Of a stretch of 64,000 nucleotides of DNA, positions 38,463 to 51,090 are shown one piece after another. The DNA comes from Octopus bimaculoides. Its lineage: Eukaryota. Position 1 is the first letter of the stretch. Each line of letters opens with the position of its first letter. Under the pieces are notes generated by a model. The model had not been told where the DNA came from and ran no database searches. It saw only the letters and a program-made list of their open reading frames with translations. Both the position numbers and the translations under genes were made by a program. The stretch lies in NCBI RefSeq assembly GCF_001194135.2, contig NC_068990.1:93472172-93536171 (forward strand), in the 5' to 3' direction.

Positions 38463-41286
38463 TGTCCTTGAGAAAGGCATGAAAGACACATGCTGTTACT
38501 CCCCCCATCACCTCCCACTGCTTACGTGAATCACTCACCAAATGCTGAAGTGAAAGAGTCTGCTTTCATGAGAAACATTAGTATCCTAACATTATAGTTT
38601 TGTAAGTTTACTTCAAGCAATCTCTTATCTGTTTGTATTAAATTTCCCATTGATTGATTAGAAGGAAGTGGGGGGGATGAGTCTGAGATGGAGAAATAGA
38701 TAGCAAAGAGAGGGAGGGTGGGAGATAGAGGGTGTGTTGTTAGTGCCCAATTCATCCATCCATCAGCTATCAAGAACAGCTGAAATCTTCCATTTGCAAG
38801 ATTTGGGGTCAATAATTGCTGGTGAGGCATTGCAGTACAACAGATGCCACTCATTTCTGTTTGTTTTTTTTCTTTTTCTCCAACTGAGTGGACCGGAGCA
38901 ATGAAAAATGAAGTAACTTATCCAAGGACACATTGCATTGTTTAGGAATTGAACCCATGTCTTTACAAATGTGAGTCTAACAATATAATATTGGGTCTCA
39001 TATTTAAACAACACTATTTCTGTCTAAACAACACTATAATTCTTAATGGTAATGCCAGTTCTAATATACTCAATGTAATGAATCTGTAAAAACTTCCTTT
39101 TTCCGAGCTGAGATTTGAAACCAAATCTAAGAATTCTCTTGTCTGATCCACCACTGGCCAAACAGGCGCGAAAGAAATTTCTTTGTTCGGTCAAAAAGTG
39201 ATGGATGGATTTCTCTTTGACCTCTGACCTGAGCAGTGTCATTTAAGGTTCAAGTGAAAAGGAGGTGACCTACATAAGTAGAAATTACTCCTCTGGTATG
39301 TCTGTCCTTCTAGCTGTCATGACCATTATAAATACAGTCAGACATACAACAGAGGCAGATAGCCATCACCAAGCGAACGGTCAAGAGACAAGCAGACAGC
39401 CAGCAAGTAACTTGCACCAATCAAGTAGTCAACATAGAACCACATTTTCAGCATGAACGACCCAACAGAGTAGCAGTTGCAGAACATAAACAGACACCAC
39501 CAAATGACCAACGCACACACAGACACAAAACATGCCCGGTTCTATCTCATCACATCGACACAATATTTCCCCAGTTTATTTTCTTCTTCACCAACTCAAA
39601 GCAAGTTGCTAATATGATGTAGTGAATTTTCTGGTGTATGCAACACGTAAATGCAAGTGTCAAATAAATGATTTAAACCGTAATCTTATGCTTTCCCATT
39701 GTTTTTCTTTGATGTTATCCACACGCTTGTTTCATCTGCTGCCTCAACAACATCTTTTGCTACACCCCTTTCCTACTACAAATTAAAACATTAAATAAAA
39801 TTTCAATTGGAATAATTTTAACATGTTGTGCTTCAGGTGACTTATCATTTCAGGGAAGACATTTCTTTTAGATTAAAGTAAGCTGAGAACTTTACATCAA
39901 AGGGTAAAGGTCATACGAATTTGTCTATTTTTTTTCTTTCTACATAATATAATCTTGTTAAAGTTTACCATTAGCTAAATGGTGTACATTACAAGTTCAA
40001 ATTCCCTTCTCTTTGTGGTTTGGTCTATAAATAAATAACTGTAACATAACTATGTCAATATAATAAACCTTATGTTTTCTCTCCGTGAAATGGTTATGTG
40101 AGAAATCGATATATTGGTTCTTTGACTTTTGAAAATTAAAAATTGAGCCTGGGACAATGTGTAAACATCCAGCTAGCAATGACCTCAAAAAGACGAAACA
40201 TCTATGAAATAAATTGATTTCTCTATTAATAAATTGAAATTTAGCATATTGATCAGAACACATTATTATAATATGAAGAAGAGAAAAGAAGGAAATATGA
40301 AGAAAATTTTACTAAAATTACTGAGAACTTAGCAATAAGACATGACAAATTATTTGGACTAAATTTATAAAACATTTTGAGTCCCAATAAATAGCTTCCA
40401 TGAACCCATTACCAGTAGATGTGTAACCAATGTGTGTTGTCTGAAGAGCACCAAAAATAGTAAGAGACCAAGAGTCTAGTTATTTTTTCATATTCAGGTT
40501 TTACGCAACCAGTTTCTGTTATGATGGAGATGTTTGCCAGTAACTTTAGCTATTGAAGTTTCTACAAGTTCTAAATAAATTTGGATGCAAAATAGCCAAG
40601 GAGTTAAGACAGTGAGTCGAAATCTGCAGCAGATTTGAACCTACTGCCTTAACTACTTTGTTATTTTGAAGCAGGGTACTTTATTCTGAACTAACTCAGT
40701 CCTCTGGAATTGGTGTTGGAAAATTGGACACATTATGAATACTATGAAAGTGAAACACTAGACCTTAAGATTTTTGCTATGGAATACTAGATATATTTAT
40801 ATACATATTTTCAAAACTAAATTTGTGGTAAGCAAACAGAAACTGTAGACTAGTTTTGTTCATCTATATTCTGAACTCAGAAGTCTTTCTTGTGTTTGGG
40901 GAGTCAACTTTACTTTTTCTATCTGGAAGACTAATAGAAGTACCAGTACTATTTTGTTTCCTAATTTAATCCAATATAGCCCTTTCTCTGATGAATTGCT
41001 GTTCTGGTTTTCTTTTCAAAGAAATCATGGAACCAGAAACAAGAAATTGGTAAACACGTTAAAACTTTTGACATTTGCTAAAACGACAAAAAAAGAAATC
41101 AGATGATTTTATTTCCGATGAAATAATAATAATAATAATTATTATTATCGTTTTTTTTTTTTTTTTTTTTTTCAAACGGGTGCTAATGTGTATGTACATA
41201 GTAGACAAGCATATCAGTGTCACACGTAGACAAGCAACTCTTAAGCCGAACGTGGCAGTCAGTAATGAACTGAAGTCTCAGTAGAA

Positions 41287-41305
41287 CTTGGCAATACTTC
41301 ATTGG
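41287..41305 (-). promoter_or_regulatory. ERSE-like element CCAAT-N9-CCAAG upstream of PDIA4
   Basis: Plus strand reads cttgg-caatacttc-attgg, one mismatch from CCAAT-N9-CCACG with exact spacing, about 285 nt upstream of the ATG. ACGTGGC lies at 41250-41256. Confidence 0.5.
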
Positions 41306-41590
41306 TCCATAGTAACAGGTATTACTACGCCTCTCCATAACTTACTACTAAATTATATCTAGTTTTATCGGAGTTAGAGTAACTTATTTCGTGTTATAAA
41401 CAACTCATTAATGAATATATTTTAACAAGCTCTAAATAAATACGCTGAGTTCATAAATAACTTGGTTTTCATTTATGTATGTTTGGTACTTTTTAATCAA
41501 AAGAAATTCGAAGGAAAGTCGACAAGTAATGCGGTCCGAGTGTCTTAAATTCTATCTTCTTCTTCACAGACACTAAAGAGTTCCTAAAGC

Positions 41591-41702
41591 ATGGCGTTGT
41601 TTAGTCGTAGATTAAATTACTTGCTTCTTCTTTTGGCTTTAATTAGTCAAGTAATTGATTTTAGATGTTATGGAGAAGAAGCAGACGAAGCCACAGACGA
41701 CG
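41591..41702 (+). CDS. PDIA4: PDIA4 exon 1 ([37 protein letters not shown])
   Basis: ATG in aagcATGG context, hydrophobic signal-peptide core, acidic tail, phase-1 donor G|gtaggt compatible with exon 2. Not listed in the ORF track. Confidence 0.85.
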
Positions 41703-44700
41703 GTAGGTCCCGCAGAAAGCAATTCTATGCATATTTTCACTTATGTTTGTTTTCTTTTTAACCTTTCTCTGCCCAAATCGTTGCACAAACCAACCAATGC
41801 TTCACAACATTCGTTTATCATTTTTAACAAACCTTGGAAGTTTTCTTTTATTTTATCAACTCATATCATTCGGGGGTTTTTCGCAACTAGTTTTGAGAAC
41901 AGTCATGCATTTTTTTTTTTATTCAGCGTACTTTTTGAAAAACTTTCTTATGAACCTAATTCATTCGTTAATAACTTACTGATGATAAGAGAAACTTAAA
42001 GGTTTGTGTAATCAAAATCCATTTTATACCCGGGGCCCGTGATGATCGATGCTGTAATTAATGTCAACCTAAACATACCTATTTTCCACAATTTCACTGC
42101 GAAAGAAGTTTTCCCTTGTTTCAAAGAACAAGTTATGTCCGTATTTCTTGCGTTTTGCTAGGTTTTTACAAGTTTTCCTTTCGTGTAAGTAATTTGAAAG
42201 GTTTTCATGTGATCCTTTAAGACTTTTGTATATAAGAACATAGATTGAATTTATATCTCAAGTTGTTCACGCATCAGGCTCTTGTAGCGTGGGTTTCATT
42301 CCACGTCTACAACTGTATAGGAACCCTTGTTTACATAGACACGCTGCAGAACTTGGAAGAGATTCTCCACAGTTTGTTGTTTTCCGTTTTATTATTGTTT
42401 GTGTGGCAGAGGAGCAAGAGAATTCTAATTAAATAGATGTGTATGTGTCGCATAACAGTTTCTACAACTTCGTGATCTTTAAGAATGTCAGGGTTCCTGT
42501 AAATATCTGACTGTTATTGACAAAAAGTCAACCCCGGCTCTGATTTCGAGACAACGATTTTTATATTGGATATTTACCTTGCCAAAATAAGACTTGGTTT
42601 TCTTGATGTAGTTTTAGTCCACTGCGTCACTAATGTTTCTGATGTTGATCCTAATGTTCACTGTTACGTGTTTAGGCTTTATTTTTGCAGGCGAAAATAA
42701 TCTCATGTAGAGAGGCCTACTTGGTTGAGTTAACCACCTTGCGGACCTGCTCCCACTAGCGATGAAATAAGATTTAGACATTGTTTTCAACATATTCAAC
42801 GCCGATGTATTTTATTATATTTGGTTTGAAATTACCGCCTCCGTTTCCAAAAAACAAACAAACTTAACTGAAACATGAATGTGGGTAGTAGTGTTATTAC
42901 AGAAATCAACCTCATAGATGTACCCTATTTATGAAGATGAAATAGAATTTGGAACAAATTAATTGGTATAATTCAGGTCCTCAATTTTGGGTGGGAAGAA
43001 TTTTCTTAATTCTTCGTTATTGCATCTCTTCATTTAGTTCTTGCAGTTAACCGTGTATTGCGTGAAAACACAATGAGTAATTGTTCTTGCCCTCATTGAC
43101 TCCCGAAATATTTCACAGTAAACGTGTTGTAAAACTTGCAAAAGACGTAGTAAAAAGGTGAAGTGGAAACTGAAGATGTCCAACTGGCATGAAAGCTGCT
43201 TCAATTTCTGTTTTATAAATTTAGCTCTTTAAAGACTGAGAAAATGACGTCATTAATCTTGTATGTCAACATCTATTTTCTTTGGCTGATCACATCATCA
43301 TCATCGTTTTTACGTCTGCTTTTCCATGCTTGCATGAATCAGTCGGGAGTACGTTGAGGCAGAGCCTTTTTTCTACAGTTCAATGCCCTTCTGCTCGCCA
43401 ACCCGTACTTGTTTCCAAGTGAGGTAGTAATCTATCAGTTTACTAAATAGCTAACAGCCCGGGCGTCTTTTACGTAGGGAACAGGAAACAAACACACACA
43501 TACATATACGACGGGCTTCCTCACAGTTTTCGTCCACCAGATATTTTCTCAAAGCTTTGGTGGGTTCAGGTCGATAATGGAAGACACTTGTTGAAGGTTT
43601 TACACAAACCGAAACGACATGGTTGGGAAGCGTACTTTTTAACCATATGCCTTCATTTGATGTTTACTTTTTCATGTTTGTATGGATCAGACGAAATTTA
43701 CTGAGGCAAATTTTCTACAGATAGAAACTATTCCTTTTGCTAATTTTCACCTGTTTCTAAGCAAGCTAAGAGTTCCTTATGATCAGCCATGGAAGATTGC
43801 AAATGAACATCAATTGCATAATGGTAATGTTTACAAATATTGCATGATGTCATGACAAGACTAAACACACACACACACACACACACACACAATGTGTTTC
43901 TCTCAGTCTCCATCCTCCAAATCCACTCAGAAGGTTGCTTCTGCTCTCAACTGATTACAGCTGCTGAGCTGTGCTATAATAGAGGAGTGATGGAGAGTTG
44001 AGTGTTTGGGGAATGCTTAACGAGGCAAAACAGGTGTAGGGGCAGGCCCAGCATGTGCAGGCGTTTACAGAATGCTTTTAGGACATCATTTTTGCTGTGG
44101 TGGACAGGTCTTCTTGTGCACAGTAAATCACTTACCATTCTCCATCCTTTCTCATATCCTCCGTGAGGCTAAGCATCTTGAGATCTGCTTTTGTTGTACA
44201 CTCATGTTGCACGTCCAATAGAACATATTAGCTTCATTCCTTACTCGTTTTGTCATGGCTTCTGCATTCAGGACCCACATCTCACTACCATTTTGCATCA
44301 TGTAATCTGCCTTTCGTTCTAAGAAAGAGACCTTTTGTTGCTAACAGCAGTTATAGCTCTCTGAACTTTCTTCATTCTGTTCTTATTTCTAGCAACTATA
44401 CTTTCAGAATATCCTCCTCTCCAGTTAATTAGGGAGCAGAAACAATCTTCTAGCTGCTGGGACTAAATTATGGGAATGTAATCAAACCAACACCTGTTGT
44501 CAAGTGATGATAGGTAAAAACACAAAGGCACACACAAATACAAGCATATCAAATGAGACACACCTTGAATTCTTGATTCATTAAAACTATCTCTTTCTGC
44601 AGAGAGGATGCATCATAATTAGGAGATGGCAATAAAGACCAGTTCTTCTTGAGAAGGGGAGATAATCTCAAGAACCAAGAATTCTCCAAAATTCCCCTTA

Positions 44701-47700
44701 AGGAAATGGACAGGCTTATTGTCTGGAGATTAGAGGACAGCCATAGACATGTGTCTCTGGTTCAATAGCTATACATACATACATGTTGGGTTTCCAACAT
44801 GGCAAGCTAAGTAAAATCACGGTTGTCCCCTGCATCCCTCTCCAGCTGAGCATTCCTAATCTTGCGGGCTTTTGGGTGCCGGTGCCATATGAAAAGCACC
44901 AGTACTGGTGCCACATGAACACACTTGTGCCAGTGCTGCATCAAAGCACCCAGTTCACACTCTGTAAAGTGGTTGGCATGTTAGGAATGGCATCCAGCCG
45001 TAGAAACCTTGTCAAATCAGACATGGAGCCTGGCCAGCTCCCTGTCAAACCATCCAACCCATGCCAGCATGGATATTAAATGATGATGAAATCCACTCGC
45101 AGGGCATTGGTCAGCCCAGGGCTATAGTAGCAGCAGCTGCACAATGGGACTGAACCCGAACACCCATCTTTTGCAAAGTGAGCTTCTTAACCCCACAGCC
45201 ATCGTTTTGCTTATATTGAGATCTACAACACAAATTGATTTTACTGATTGTCTTTTCTTTACCTTTTTCCCACTGTAGATAACGAACCAATTGAAGAAGA
45301 TGATGTGTTGGTCTTAAATAACAACAACTTTGATGATGTCATTTACTCCCGAGATACGGTTCTTGTGGAATTTTATGCACCATGGTAAGATTCTCTTCAT
45401 ATTCTTCTTTCTAATTTTCTCTTATAGTCACTATCAGGACCTGCCAGTAGGATGACAATGAGGATCGTCATCATCATCATTGTTTTAATGTCCACTTTTC
45501 CATCCTTGCATAGTTCAAGGCAGATTTGCTCTGGCTGGATACCTTTCCTATCACCAACCCTTACCTGTCTCCCAAAATAAAGTGATATTTCTCCTCAGCC
45601 TGATATGTTCTTCCTGAAAGACTGGAAATGAACCATTCATCAGGTGGTATCAAAACAAGGCCACACACACACAATAGATCAGTTGTCATCCACCAAATGT
45701 GTCCACAAGACTTTGGTTGGCCTGGGGCTATAGTAGAAGGCACATGCCCCATTTGCACTCCTACTTTCAACATTTCATAACAAGCCTGTCTTTGTCCTAC
45801 AGACACACTTCATTGCCTTCTGCTCCTATTACTTTACTCTCACTTCACCCCTATTGTTACTCTCACTCTTCCCTCCCTCCCTCCCTTTCTTTCCTCCCCC
45901 TCTTTTACAGTCTTCCTGTCTTTTTATTTCTCTATTAAATTACTTTGTGATTTCTTTGTCTTCAGGTGTGGCCACTGTAAAAGACTGGCACCAGCATACG
46001 CTGATGCTGCCAAACAGCTGAAGACAACAGTCCCTAAAGTATCATTGGCCAAAGTCGATGCCACTGTAGAAACTGAACTAGGTTCCAGGTATTTGCTTTT
46101 AATGGGGTTTTTCTTTTCTTTTTTTTTCTTGCATTATTTTGAGATTATATTCCTGATATTTTGGCAATGTCTCATCCATCATCTCTGCCCACTATTTCCG
46201 GGTGGGTCATGGAGTGAGAGTCCTCAGGCACCTCCTCCATAGAATCCTCTTAGAAGCAACCATCATTGCAATTTCCTGGCAATGTTCAAAGACTGAAAGT
46301 CAATCTGAAATTTAAGTTATTGCTGGTGAACTGTGTTAGTAAAGTCTTGGTGAACCAAATCCATAGAAGTTCCTCAAATGCTATTATCACTCTACTATGG
46401 AAACAGGCATGAATGTGTCTGTGGCTTACGATTGGCTAAAATTAACCAAAATGTTCAAACTTTAATTGTTGGTAATTCTTTATTTATTGACTTAAAGTGA
46501 AAATGATTTTCACGTCATTCATTAATCTATAAAAATGTATCATTACACTGAATATGAAATCAATTTGAATAGAAATTGATGCTGGCAGCCAAACTGATAA
46601 GATTCCTATTTTACTTAATGACATAAAGTATCCAGTAAGGTTTCAATTCCCAGACTGGGTGGTGTGTTGTATTCTAGAGCCAAACACTTCATTTCATGTG
46701 GCTCCACTCCACTCAGTTGTGAATGGGTTAATTCTGTGATGACCTGGTGTCCTGTTCAGGGGGAGGAATGTTGTGATCTTGGTCACCTTTAGGACATGCA
46801 AACCAGGTAAATGGTCCTAGGAGATCTAGGACTTCAGACAGTACCTACTTTTACTTAATATATCCTACAACCATCAATAGTTTCAGCATAACGAAGCAAA
46901 CAAGGTGACTTGTGTTGGTTTTGCTCTTTGTCCTTTTTTTTTATAGAAGTGAAGTAAAACCCAATAAGTTCTGCTGCGGACTTTGATATTGTCAGTCACG
47001 AAATTGATGAGAATGAAGATGCCAAACTTGGACTCCCTTCGTTACATTTGCTTTGTTGATTGGGAGATTACAGGGGGCAAAGTTATTAACCCCAAATATG
47101 CCACAAAGTTTACAAAAATCAAGCAAAATTAACATTTTGGGCATTATACCTGGTGTAAAATGATTTTTCGCAAATAAATAGTTGGTTGTGGTTATCTAAA
47201 ATAACCCATTGCAGAAATATGTTAACACAGAATGCACTCCGTACTACTCAAATGCAGGTTTGATACTGAGTATTCACTGCTCAACAACCGACTGTTAAAC
47301 CAACACACATTGATCTAACACCATCAACTCCCCCCCCCCCGACAGTTCACTCAGTTCTCATTTATTGTAATTGGTTAATCCACCTTCAGTCACGTGGTAG
47401 GGGTGTTCAGGATTCTCCTATAGCAACTTGTCTCCTTAGTCTGCTTAATATCAATGTTATTTAGTTAAAGACAAGCTGTGATTGAATAAAACTGATACAA
47501 CAACAGTTGTTAGACAAACAGAACCCTTTAGGTACCATTTAGTAATTTACCATTCATAATGTTTTGTTGCTGCATTTTTATATATTTGTTTTTTGTCAGA
47601 TTTGATGTGAATGGATATCCTACTTTATTATTCTTCAAAAATGGAAAATCTTTTCCCTATGAAGGGCCAAGAGAAGCTGATGGTATGTAAACAAAACTGG

Positions 47701-50535
47701 AAATGTTGTTTGTGTTATTGTTCATTTTCATTTTCAAATTGGTTTTTTATGTCCAACAGCAGTTCAGGGTTGCCAAAGTTAAAATATATATAACTGAGTT
47801 TAGTTAAGGCCAAAGAAACATAATTTTGGTCATGATTTGAAATATGCTAATGCCATCATGGCAATCATGTTCTCCAAACTGACACCATTAATGGAGTAAT
47901 GAAGGCATCTTTACATGGTTGCTCAATATGTCTGCTAGAAATGGTAGTCAACTCTAAAATAACACTCTGTCTTAGAAAAGGAAGGACACACAGGACAGGA
48001 TAATCCTGGACATGCAAACAGTTGGGATGGTTACAACTGTAGAAACCTTGCCAGAACAGATTGGAGCCTGGTACAGCCTCCTAGCTCGGCAGTCCTCAGT
48101 CAAACCGTCCAACCCATGCCAGCATGGAAAGCAGACGTTAAACAATGATGATTATTTATATGATGGGCTTCTTTCAGTTTCCGTCTACCAAATCCACTCA
48201 CAAGGCTTTGGTCAGCCTGAAGCTATAGTAGAAAACACTTGCCCAAGGTGCTATACAGTGGGACTGAACCCAGAACCATGTGATTAGGAAGTAGGTTTCT
48301 TACCACCCAGCCAGAACCTGATTATTATCAGGTATTAAGGGTCGTCATTTTAACCCCCTTTCATTTATATTTCCAAGTTAGCCTTGAATGGAACAGATTT
48401 AGGGCAACTCCATGTGTTTGCTGGGTGCTGCTTCTCCTTTCTACTGCTCTTCAACTGATTGTATTGATGTGGATGTCTTACCTTTAGCAACACAACAATT
48501 AGTGTGGTATGTTTAAGCTAACGATCAGCTGATCAGCAGTGCAGTATTTTCAATTCTCACTCCACTGCCCAATCACAAATTCCTTTTATCTCACAAAATT
48601 CACTCTGTACTCATTTTTCATTTTACCATGTCGTGATTGTTAAGCTTCCTCTTCTCATCATTCAATTTCTCTAAACAGGTATCGTTAAATACATGTTGGA
48701 ACGAGCTGCACCAAGCTGGAAACCTCCACCAGAGGCTGTCGTTACTTTGACTGACAGCAATTTTACAGATTTTGTGGAAAAGCATGAACTTTCTCTTGTG
48801 GAATTTTATGCACCATGGTATAATTATTTTTTAAAATATCTGATTCTTTCTTAATCATGAAAGAGATTCTTCGTTAATTTTTCTTATTGAAAATTATTAA
48901 AATAATTTTTCTTTTACATCATACTCAGTAGTTTTGGTTTTGTGGTGAAGATGTTTGCTTTGGAACCAGATGGTTTTAGGTTCGGCCCACCCTCGATTAA
49001 ATAAGTACCAGTTACGCACTGGGGTTGATGTAATCGACTTAATCCCTTTGTCTGTCTTTGTTTAGCCCCCTGTGGGCAATAATGGGAAAAAAAATAGTGT
49101 TTCCTACAAGAGCCATGGGTTGGCCAATCCTTTTTGCATTCTTTTTACTTGATTCAGTCATTGAACTTTGGCCATGCTGCTGCACTGCTTTGAAGAGTTT
49201 GCTCAAACAAATCAGCCTCAGTAATTATTTGCAGAACTGCTGAGTTACAGGACGTTGTCAAGTGGTGCAGGTGTTTAACACAAAGACATACATATCTTCC
49301 CCACCATNNNNNNNNNNNNNNNNNNNNNNNNNNNNNNNNNNNNNNNNNNNNNNNNNNNNNNNNNNNNNNNNNNNNNNNNNNNNNNNNNNNNNNNNNNNNN
49401 NNNNNNNNNNNNNNNNNNNNNNNNNNNNNNNNNNATATATACATATTTATATATATATATATATATGTACAGCAATAAGAAAATGGAAGGGATGAAGAGG
49501 TGGTATTCATCAACTTTTAGACATTGTATTATGTCTATTTATTTATTTTTTAAAAAGACAATTATAACAATATACATATATGTATAACATATTATGCTTT
49601 ACATGTATAATATATGAAATATAAAAATACCAGTAATTATTAAAATATATAAAGTAGAGCATAGAAAGTAGGATAATATCTTACACCTGTTTCAGCCAAG
49701 AGGCCATAAATTCCCCTGTTATTGCCTGGAGGACGATGATTAACAACACATCTTGAGAAATGGATAAATGTTACAGACTCTCTTTCTCTCTCTCTCTCTC
49801 TCTCTCTACTTTCACTTTTATTAATCTGAGTGTTTTTTTCTTTTAGGTGTGGCCACTGTAAGCGTCTGGCTCCCGAATATGAAAAAGCTGCTCAGAAACT
49901 TGCTGTTAACGATCCCCCTATACCTCTGGCAAAAATCGATGCTACTATTGCAACAACTACAGCAATGAAATATGAAGTCTCTGGTTACCCAACTCTGAAG
50001 ATTTTCCGTGCAGGCAAACAATTTGAATACAAAGGACCAAGAGAAGACTATGGTAAAATAGAATTGATGATAATGCAGTAATGAGGGAGGTGGAAGGAGT
50101 CGCAATGTCCCTAGGTTACAGATCCTCTTTTTTATTGATGCCAGAGGAAGGAAAATGAAAATTGATTGTAGCTGGGTTTTAACCCCCATATATGGAAGGC
50201 AAAAACTAAAGCCTTTAGTTCTTTTATATTCCCTCAGTTCTATGAAAATTAACCAACTTGGGTTGTGCAAACTTTTCTAATTCCTTCTTTTTGTCTGAAG
50301 GATTATTATTTTATGATTTAATTTTTCTTATCTTCACCATTAATTTCCTCACTCCAACCTTCCCGTCCTCATTGTTTCCTGCCATTAAAGTACAAGTTTA
50401 CTTGATATGGAAGAACTCAATACTTTGTTGTCAGTGAAAGCAGTGATATCTCTGGCACATTGACTTGACATCAGAACTTACTTAGGTGACAGTTGTAGAG
50501 GGCAATGGAAATATAATTTTGGCCTGGCTCTTCTT

Positions 50536-50582
<47 letters not shown>

Positions 50583-51047
50583 NNNNNNNNNNNNNNNNNN
50601 NNNNNNNNNNNNNNNNNNNNNNNNNNNNNNNNNNNNNNNNNNNNNNNNNNNNNNNNNNNNNNNNNNNNNNNNNNNNNNNNNNNNNNNNNNNNNNNNNNNN
50701 NNNNNNNNNNNNNNNNNNNNNNNNNNNNNNNNNNNNNNNNNNNNNNNNNNNNNNNNNNNNNNNNNNNNNNNNNNNNNNNNNNNNNNNNNNNNNNNNNNNN
50801 NNNNNNNNNNNNNNNNNNNNNNNNNNNNNNNNNNNNNNNNNNNNNNNNNNNNNNNNNNNNNNNNNNNNNNNNNNNNNNNNNNNNNNNNNNNNNNNNNNNN
50901 NNNNNNNNNNNNNNNNNNNNNNNNNNNNNNNNNNNNNNNNNNNNNNNNNNNNNNNNNNNNNNNNNNNNNNNNNNNNNNNNNNNNNNNNNNNNNNNNNNNN
51001 NNNNNNNNNNNNNNNNNNNNNNNNNNNNNNNNNNNNNNNNNNNNNNN

Positions 51048-51090
<43 letters not shown>

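Noticed and set aside
42039-42140. Intronic C/D snoRNA (GTGATGA box C)
   Set aside because: No CTGA box D or terminal stem at a suitable distance.
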